Below, in pieces: positions 54,838-64,000 of a stretch of DNA of 64,000 nucleotides; position 1 is the first letter of the stretch; each line of letters starts with the position of its first letter. The notes below the pieces were generated by a model, which searched no databases, had not been told where the DNA came from, and worked only from the letters and a program-made list of their open reading frames with translations. This DNA comes from Octopus vulgaris. Lineage: Eukaryota. Location: NCBI GenBank assembly GCA_951406725.2, contig OX597832.1:15376001-15440000 (forward strand), given 5' to 3'. Made by a program: the position numbers and the translations under genes.

Positions 54838-54997
54838 GTTGGAGGCCTAGCCTTCCGACTCATTTTACAGGCATTCGAATAACTAAAGGAGCACTGCATT
54901 AAATGTGTGGAACTGGGGAGAGAATACAATCATAATTGATAGGTGCTTCTGTACTTTCTTTTCCGCAAAGCAAGGGACTTTTGAGCACCACTTCATA
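54838..54997 (+). mobile_element. Mariner 3' end with TIR remnant
   Basis: FE*LKEHCIKCVELGREY (vs KL.ERW.KCVEL.GEY); terminal gacttttgagcaccacttcaTA. Confidence 0.6.
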
Positions 54998-55968
54998 TAT
55001 ATATCTGTCTCTCAGCCTATCTGTTTGTCTCTCTGCCTGTCTGTTTGTTTGTTTGTCTGTGCACATGTCTGTCTGTCCGTCCGTCTGCCTGACTGTATAT
55101 TTGTGTTTATGTATGTATAAAAACAAGTATGAGTTCATATATTCATACATGTACGTATATAATTAGTTATACATATGTATGGGCCCTACTGCAACTATTT
55201 TGAATTAACTTATTTGAGAAACGTTCCTCCATATTATCTCAGAAGAAATTATGACATGCTTAGGAAGGCTGATAATTAAAAAAAGTCCCCATCTGTATGA
55301 TAAAGATTAATATGCCTTTGGAATATTTGATATCATAATTTTCCGAATCAATCAAGTTAGGAAGGATAGGCTTTCGTATCAGATATATCAGAGGAATAAC
55401 GAATGCGAACATATAGGACACTGCACCATCAATCAGCACATGAAAAGGAACTAGAAAGATATGGCTTTACTATTTATTTAAATTTATGAAGACCATAAAT
55501 TACCCTTATTCTGTTGAAATAATTCCGTCTTTTGAAGCAAGTCTGACAGGATTTAAAGCAAACGGCAAACGAACATTATTTTTTTTTTAATGTTAATACG
55601 AAAATAGTTTTATGTTCATCAACATTTATATCACGTTCTGCTAGAAATATTAACGACATAACTTGGCTAAACCATAAATTATGAAGGAATCTTTTATGTA
55701 ATAAAGTATGACGTAATTAACTCGTGTATTTGCCGAATATTTTTGCGGCGTTTTAGAATAAAAAGCCAAGTGTCAGTAAGAAATGATTAGAGGAAAGAGC
55801 CGTGTGTTAAATGACAGATGACAGGAAAAATAAAGGAAAATGAAGACAGAAAAGCGATAACAGATATCTTATTTATGACAAAATCTTATTTCATATAGGA
55901 AGAAATGGAGAATACCGGCTGAAACATCAATGACTCTGCTGTCAAGATGGAAGTTACGAGTGCACGTT

Positions 55969-56101
55969 TGTATGTATGTATGTATGTATGTATGTATGTA
56001 TGTATGTATGTATGTATGTATGTATGTATGTATGTATGTATTTATTTATGTATGTATGTATGTATCTATGTATGTATTATGTATGTATGTATGTAGGTAT
56101 G
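55969..56101. repeat. (TATG)n microsatellite
   Basis: Direct read. Confidence 0.95.
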
Positions 56102-56229
56102 TCAATAATGTGTACCGGATTTTGCAGAGCATTGAATTATTTTGAAGCATCTTTTGCAATTGTCTGATAATAGAGACATAAACTTGCCCATATACATCAT
56201 TGATATATTATTCATCTTTCTCACAATCA

Positions 56230-56595
56230 TGTGCGTGGAACTGTCAAGGTGCGATATTCGAGGAATCTTGCAATTCAAATTCAAAAATGGATATAAAGCA
56301 GTTGAAACTGCTCGCGATATCAAAGAGACGTTTGGCGAGGAAATAGCCAGTGAGTGGTGGTCAGTTCGAAAATGGTTTAGACTATATCGCAATTGAGAGC
56401 TGAGGCTTAAACATAGTGAGCATCGTGGACGTCCATCTGTCATCGAAAACGGTTGACTAATTGGTACCACATAATTTGAATAAAATCAGAAAAAGTGCAG
56501 ATATGAAATTTGGTCGCCGCTTCTTTTCCGTAACCAGACCGATCCATTTCTCGATTATATTTTAATTTGTGATGAAAAGTGGATTCCAGACATTA
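56230..56595 (+). mobile_element. Decayed mariner transposase N-terminal part
   Basis: ELSRCDIRGILQFKFKNGYKAVETARDIKETFGE..VRKWFR; RGRPSVI; PFLDYILICDEKWI. Confidence 0.85.
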
Positions 56596-56661
56596 AGTAA
56601 AACGTTCTTATTAAAACCATAAAATTTATTACAAGTTATTATTCTTATTTGATATCCCTTG

Positions 56662-56922
56662 TTGTTTGTTCCTTCTCTAGACATGCCTTGCACATAAGGC
56701 CCGTTCTTCTAATTTCATTGGCGTACAGGTTCCCCATCTGGACAGGACGCCCCTCTTTCGCAGGTGAGCTGCTAGATTCAGGAGGAAAGAGTGAGAGAAA
56801 TTTGTTGCAAAACAGTTAGCAGATGTTTGCCAATATCATTTGCCGTGCAGAGCTTAGGTGTGTGGCCCATAAACACACACACACACACACACACATCTTC
56901 CGTCTATGATTCGAATCTGCGT
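56662..56922 (-). mobile_element. tRNA-derived SINE (family B-related)
   Basis: Shares its 3' block with 27664-27888 and its head with 37965-38066. Confidence 0.6.
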
Positions 56923-56930
56923 TTATGAAT

Positions 56931-56995
<65 letters not shown>

Positions 56996-57032
56996 ATCGT
57001 CGCTTGTAAGGGTCTGATCAATTATATTGACA

Positions 57033-57109
57033 AATGTTGCTGACGAATCATAGACAATTATGTAAGTATAATCTGCATTTCGTTAATGAGGAAACAATTG
57101 TACAACATT
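57033..57109 (+). ncRNA. Type I hammerhead ribozyme in a 265-bp island between (TA)n tracts
   Basis: Stem I aatgttg/caacatt; CTGACGA 57040-57046; stem II (a)tcat/atga(g); GAAA 57091-57094; palindromic ACAATTGT; GUA site at 57102. Confidence 0.8.
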
Positions 57110-57251
57110 AATCCATTATTTAGTAGTAATTTAATTTCATAGCGTTGACTGTGGTGCTTTTTGTATGTGGAATTATCGTCGGCGAATTTTACCGGTCGAA
57201 CCTATTTCTTGCACTAGAGCTAACATATTCAAAGTTGGCTCTCTAATATTT

Positions 57252-57295
<44 letters not shown>

Positions 57296-57449
57296 ACACA
57301 CACATATATATATAGAGGGAGATATATACATACACACCCACACAAACGCACAAACGCACACACATATGCATGTGCTTTTGTGTGCGGCTGTGCGTGTTTA
57401 TGCGCATATAGGTGAGTCTGTGTCAGTATATATACTATACATATGGGTT

Positions 57450-57950
57450 TGACTGGGCTACACATTCACTTTGATTTTATCGGTGTAGTACACTCATCTT
57501 ATAAGATTTTCTTATGGAATTTGGTAAATTCATTATAACAAGAAATTTCCATTTGGGGTTATAAGAAGAAAATGCCGAGACACGCCTATCGGTTAGTAAT
57601 TTGTTGAGTACATTTGTATATATCTGCGATAAAAACGGCAATAGTTCCATCATTTCATGTTCTGCATGTTTAAAAGAAATCGTTCGTTTCATTTACTTGG
57701 AACCTGCGTAACGCTAATTTCAGCGACAGAAGTCCTTCTTATTGGTTCCATCTCTAGTAACCTAGATATGGTGTTGTTCAGTCATTCAATCACTCATTAT
57801 TATGGCATCATATTACTTCAGTAACAACCGATTATGTTTGCTGTGATAACGCATTCAGTTTTCGAGGTTAGAAATAATTTCATATAACCGATATAATTAA
57901 GATAGAGTGTATTTGTACAGAAGCATTTGTATACGCTTCTATTGCTTTCA
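57450..57950 (-). mobile_element. Possible decayed PLE reverse transcriptase fragment
   Basis: TISFKHAEHEMMELLPFLSQI..KLLT resembles PLE I.FT.E.E....LPFLD..I...L.T. Confidence 0.35.
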
Positions 57951-59133
57951 GGCCGTCTAGACAGAGTTCATATAGCTCGGCTATCAGACTCGAAACATTT
58001 ATGCTCATTAATAAGTTGCAGTGGTGGGACATCAAAAGCAAAAGCAACTTTTACTGTTTCTAGTTAATAAACGCTAGTGGAGTGTGTGCAATTACATATG
58101 AAAGTAGCAAAAATCAGTTATGACCTCCATGTGCATTAGAAAAGGTCGCTAAAGCTGTATGTGACCTGAAATATTTCGTATTAGCACGGAGTTTACAAAT
58201 TGGTTCCTGAGGCTGAGTATTCCGTTTTGCATATGAAATACTGAAATTTACATCCCACAAATTCAAACAATAGCCCTTTAGAGTGACGTAATGAGAACTG
58301 TATTCCCAATTGTTATGTATTCGAAATCAGGATGACAAGTTTTATAACCTCATAAAATGATGCGTTTTCAATACTTCCAACGAATCTGCCACTAGAAAAT
58401 AAACATACGTCATTGGCACATTTTGATTTGAATTGTTTGTGATGAAGTGGAATCCAGCCTTATTTTGACTGCAATTAGGTAAATATATAGATTTGTCTGA
58501 AGGAACCGTCAGCCGCAGATAATAATTTAGTTCAAGCTTTATGAACATGCCAAATTTATTATGTATCCGTACTTGTTAATTTTATGAATCATGTATTTTC
58601 CACACACAGAAAGAGATATCTACTTGGATGTTAGCAAGTTCTCTTCTCGACTGAAAATGTCTTTAAAAACCAGTAATAGAATGATGTAACCCGCTGTGAA
58701 TCCGAACGACAAGTTATAGAGTTTGGCTGGCAATGTTATTAAAAGCCGGGATATTAAGGGATACATCTATAAGAAGCAATAGTATGGCATATTCCATTAT
58801 ATATTTAATGAGATATTTTCCCCATTCAGATCGGTTATTGTATCTATCTGTATTAAACTAAACAAAACATTGCTCACAGTGGGGTATATGACGAAACATC
58901 TAACACGATGTTTATATGTAATACGGATGAGCGTATTCGCATTTTTCGTTCTGTGGTTTTGTGAAGTATTGTGCAGTAAGTGAAGCATGTGAACAAAGAA
59001 TTTAGTTGAATGTAGTCGTTTTATATTTGCTGATTTAAACCCGTACAATATTGGTCTTTTATTTTGAATATAGAGCACAACCACACACATATAGATCATA
59101 TACATATATACATACACACTCACACACGCGCAG

Positions 59134-59190
<57 letters not shown>

Positions 59191-59279
59191 TATACATATG
59201 TACACACACACACATCTATATATGAAGTTAATCCAAACAAGAAAGCACAAAAAGTCGCCAACGGTACACACGCAGTCAC

Positions 59280-59338
<59 letters not shown>

Positions 59339-59367
59339 GTATAAATGAATATATGAATATATACATA

Positions 59368-59530
59368 GGAGCAGGAGTGGAAGTGCGGTAAATAGCTTGC
59401 TTACCAACCACATGCTTCCAGGTTCAATCCCACTTCGTTGTACCTAGGGAAGGTTTCTTGCAATATAACCTCAGGCCGACAAAAACCATGTGAGTGGATT
59501 TGAAAGATCTAAACTGGAAGAAGCTTCTCG
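59368..59530 (+). mobile_element. tRNA-derived SINE head (family C)
   Basis: ggagcaggagtgg..gtgcggtaa A-box-like; GGTTCAATCCC B-box; followed by (TATG)n. Confidence 0.65.
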
Positions 59531-60089
59531 TATGTACGTATGTATGTATGTATTATGTACGTATGTATGTATGTATGTATGTATGTATCTATGTATGTGT
59601 GTATGTATATATTTGCATGTATATATATTGTGTGATGTGAAGTTGTGGAAGGAGCCCCTTGAAAAGCATCTCATAAAGCCAAATAAATAATGAGTGGATA
59701 CCGAATGGACGGCGTAACTAAAAATTATGAAACTTCTAGACATTGAATAGGCTTAAAAAACACAAACCTAACTTTCATACTGATCCAATTTTAAGGCTCA
59801 CCTGTTCTTGCAAATCTGACATCGGAAAACTTAGCAAAATTGTCATAAACAAATACCCAAAATTATTGAAATTCAAAATACAAATAAAACACTAGATGCA
59901 ATCAACCGGTTTGCTATTCTACCAGTTATTAAAAAAATGTAAATTTTTCCAACTGGACATAGGTAACTATTGCCACACCATTAACTAGATCTTACTAAAT
60001 AAAGCACTTATCTGCGCCAAGAATAGGACTAATGTATCAATGAAAGAAACAAAAAGTTATTCTTGAAGCTAGAAATAGTATAATATTTC

Positions 60090-61600
60090 ATGGAAGTATA
60101 TATTGGACCGGGAAAGAAACACCAGTCATGTGGTTCCAAATTCCTCAAGAGCATGATAGGTACAGCTTTCTTTAGGAACAACGTTTGCGATGACAGTCCT
60201 GTGTGTTGTAGAGAGTTCAGAATTTCCACTAGATATTTAACAGTGGCATGATCGTCTATGGTTGCATTAGTGGAGAAAAACCTTGAAACATCTCCAGGTA
60301 GATTGTGGAGGAGTTCATGGTTTACTTTATCAACGCATTCATTCCGAGGTGCTAAAATAGCTCTCCTTGAACCATGGTATGTTTATGAAGTTGTTTTGCA
60401 ATGTGGGAAATATGTTTTCTGTACGCTCGGCCAATGGAGACACTATGTACCCACAATGCAGTACATGATGCAGGAGGGTTTCAACAATAAGGTGCCATTT
60501 CCAATTTCCAGAAGTTGATGATAAAATTCCTCAGCTAAACATTCGATGTAGAGATGGGCTCGCATAATCTTGCGTAATGAAACCTGACGAACCAACCTCC
60601 AGAGATGTGAAGACTTCATTAGACAAGCATAGATATCGGTAGCTTGCGTACCTCGCGTTATGACTTGTAATATTAGACAGAAACCCCGGCAAGGACAGCT
60701 GCTAAACACCACCATTATAGTACTATTGTGTCAATATCAATTAGTAACCCATGTAGTTGGGAGCAGAATATATGCAGTCGCTGATCGTTTTGAAATAATG
60801 CACATTTGAAGTCAAATTCAAAGGTAATTCGGCAATTTGAACGTAGAATGTCCTATTCGCCCACCTGTTAATAAATTTGTCGCTATTCTTCATGCCATTG
60901 CAATCGCTGTTTCCCATCTGCATTACGTTTTCCAGAACTATGTTAAGTAGAAACGTCCCTCCCGTTCCACCTGGTTCATCAATAAAGAAAAGACGTCGTT
61001 CTCCTGCAAGGTAGACAGTACTACTTCATTCTAATCATACCTTTGCTTAGCTTGCAATAATTGTTCACTTTCATCAATTTGCCTTTTCATGGCATCGAAA
61101 TTGCATGCTCTTATTCGAATGGCTTTTCTTGAATAGCCGTAATTTTCAGCTGGTGTTGGAATCCTGTAGTCGGATTAGCCTTTGTCCCCAGGAGAATTAA
61201 GCATGATTTCTAAATACCGTAATGCTTCGGTGTATATAATATCGGAATAGTGGATATTTGATCCATGCAACCATCGAGCTTTATGAAGTATGTCATCAGA
61301 TAGGCTGTGTATGTGGTTTCCCCTAAGTTGTAGTGGATTCGGTAAAATGCAATGATACAACATGATGGCGAAGAATGTTCTTAGTTGCAACAAAAAGAGC
61401 TAATCTCCACTGATCGCCATCTTCGGGAAGACCTCGTAATTAGGAGGCTTGTCGAAATGTTTCGCAAGTTAATGAGTTTATTATTGTAAGGTCTTTGAAT
61501 GACGTCGGTCCAGGAAATTTTACAGGAGCTTCCGGAGAGAGTAGCATCTGAAGTTTCGGATGTGAACCGTATGTTCGGGATATCGCTTTATCGGAGACGA
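60090..61600 (-). mobile_element. Decayed Helitron Rep/PIF1 helicase fragment
   Basis: GPTSFKDL; QLRTFFAIML..C..PNPL..LSDDIL; FFIDEPGGTGGTFL (Walker A, K lost); ILQVITRGT..ACLMKSSHLW..IMRA; AILAPRN; EILNSL..GL..LFLKKAVPIMLLRNL. Confidence 0.88.
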
Positions 61601-61915
61601 TATCAGAGAGATAACTAGAGGGAAATAGTAGAAATCAATGTAAGGAGTTATTTTAGAAAATGATGGATATAGGAAGGATTAACGGAAACAAAACAAGAAA
61701 ATAAAAGTAAAAATATATATAGGATGTTACACTTGCAGTTCCATTATTCGAGGAAATCACTGTCTAGAATGGCTAGAAATGATTCTTGTCCATGGTATTT
61801 AAATTCCGATAGTTCTATCTATAGAATATGGTCATTTGGAGTCTAACTACGAAGCTCCTCTAGCCATCTTGCCTCTTCTGGATACCAAGTATCGCATGCA
61901 TATATGTGTGGATGA

Positions 61916-61948
<33 letters not shown>

Positions 61949-63345
61949 TGTGTGTGTCTGCGTGTATCTAAAGCGGGAAAGCGTTCAGAGGGATACTGAG
62001 AGAAATGGTTCTATGCGTGTGTAGGTTTAATGTATATATGCATAAATGTCACAGATCTATATATAAAGAGAAAGCTGCTGAAGTTGACTTTAAAATTACA
62101 GGTAAACCTTTATGTCAAATGAAACAGAGCTCATATATTTATATTTGACAGCAACAAGAGAGACTGCGACAAAAAGAAAGATAGATTGCATATATTATTG
62201 TTGGGGGTAAACACTGAATCACAAAGTACACCTTAATTTCAAAAGTCCTTCCTGTTTGATGTAATTAAACATGTTCACTGAATTAAATATAATTAAATAT
62301 AATTACTCAAACAAGTACAGAAACTGAAATATTTGTTGTGGTATAGAATTTAGCAGATTCAATATAGAAGTTACCTGTACATTTTCGGTGAACAATTAGC
62401 GGTATTTATGTACCATAGCCATCCAACTAATAATCTCATCTTACTTATATATATATGTATATATGGATGCATGTATGTATTTATGTACTGATGTATGTAT
62501 GAATATAGCATTTATTCGATAGATATGACTTTTTCAATGTTAATAAGCAAATGTCGTATATTGTATCAACATTCTAATTAAAAATATTTAAAATCAGTGA
62601 AACGTGAATGTTAAAATTTAAATATGTAAAAAATCAGTAGCAAATGTCTTAATAATGACAATATGCAACGCTACAAGATTAAACTTTCCAATGCTTCCAC
62701 AATGAAGAATATATTTCTTGAACTAATATTTAATAATCTTTAGTAAACGATATTGGATTTCTATTAGTTTTCGAAATATAATTATTAAAATAGAGCAATC
62801 TCGGTGTTCATTTTCAGTGAAAATGAGATTTAACATAACAACGTCAGTGCGTTTCTTTAATTTCGTAAAACTTCATTCACATAAAAATTTTAAAACATTT
62901 CGTGACACGTGTAGTATCCTTAATGAGCAAAAAATACGTGGGTGTGAATTATGAAGCTAATTTCTGCCACACAAATCACATCTTTCCGAATTACTTCGAA
63001 AGTTTTGCTCAGTAGCAAATAGAAAGAAGATGATTTTGTAGATACGCCATGCTCTTTATAGTGAAATTCAATTCATAAATAGATAGCATCAGATAGCTTC
63101 TATATGCAACGGTTGTAGCATGAGTATAAACGGGGTTTCTTTAATTATTTCGCAATAGATTGAATAACTGATACACAACCGTAATCGATTTTCGAAACTT
63201 ATTTGGGTCTCAGGTGTGTATACGACAATTCTTTTAATGCTTCTATGTATTTGCATTCTCAGAGGAATACTGAATCATGATCAAATATTGCTTTCCGTTC
63301 TTCTGAGATTTGAAGGTCTCAGAATGTCTCTATCTCTGTATGTGA

Positions 63346-63402
<57 letters not shown>

Positions 63403-63510
63403 ACACTCTACCGAAACAGAATCTCCTGCGGTTGGCGACAAGAATGACATTGTTGATGATCTCTCTATACATTTCACTCTAGCTAATTAATTTCAATATA
63501 CTTCAGTGCA

Positions 63511-63725
63511 AAGCGGCGAGCTGGCAGAAACGTTAGCACGCCAAGCGAAATGCCTAGCGTTATTTGGCTTGTCTTTACTTTCTGATTTCAAATTCCGCCA
63601 AGGTCGATTTGCCTTTCATGCATTCGCGGTCGATAAATTAAGTGCCAGTTCTGTACTGGGGTCGATTGGATCGACTTGCTACTTCCCACAAAATTTCTAG
63701 CCTTGCTCCCCGAGGAGATAAAAAT
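63511..63725 (+). mobile_element. SINE (family A), best-preserved copy
   Basis: aagcggcgagctggcagaaacgttagcacgcc..gatttcaaattccgcc; four diverged copies elsewhere in the window. Confidence 0.8.
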
Positions 63726-64000
63726 ATACTTCAGTGCAATTAGACATTTCTGACGTTTAACAAAGAGTCTGCCAATTATAATGACATATAACATAGCTTT
63801 AATTGTATCAAACGTTTGATTCCCATGGATGACAAATCATGAGAAATTTCGAGTCTTATGTCGAAAAGAAAAGCCAACTATTTTTTTCTCACGTTATATA
63901 AGTAATCAGCAATCAATCCGCATGGAATATGTATTTTAAACTCTAGTTCGTCAACATATTTAGATGGCGTGGACTTAGAATGTCAGCATTAATTGTTATC

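Overview
AT-rich eukaryotic DNA dense in microsatellites ((TA)n, (ATT)n, (GAT)n, (TATG)n, (AG)n). The repeat families look like those of a coleoid cephalopod, probably Octopus; this is pattern recognition, not a database result. I found no convincing host exon, rRNA, true tRNA or CRISPR array, so the window is probably intergenic or intronic, and most ORF-track entries are microsatellite artefacts. It is largely made of transposon remains. (1) A young, 5'-truncated R4/Dong-clade non-LTR retrotransposon (RT + CCHC + restriction-like endonuclease) at 43927-46592 (-) sits in (TAA)n, stacked against older relatives at 46.7-48.4 kb and 49.7-50.0 kb, with another at 23.3-24.3 kb. (2) Several Penelope-like element (PLE) remnants occur, including a GIY-YIG reading frame the ORF track missed (3411-3863). 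(3) There are RTE LINEs, mariner/Tc1 fragments, Helitrons and tRNA-derived SINEs. The most notable unannotated signals are type I hammerhead ribozymes: near-intact at 57033-57109 and 4418-4514, decayed at about 2.9, 6.2, 21.9 and 36.2 kb. They lie in or next to microsatellites, and their inverted partner copies break inside the ribozyme. Retroelement families also appear to partition among microsatellite types. All alignments, translations and folds were done by eye.
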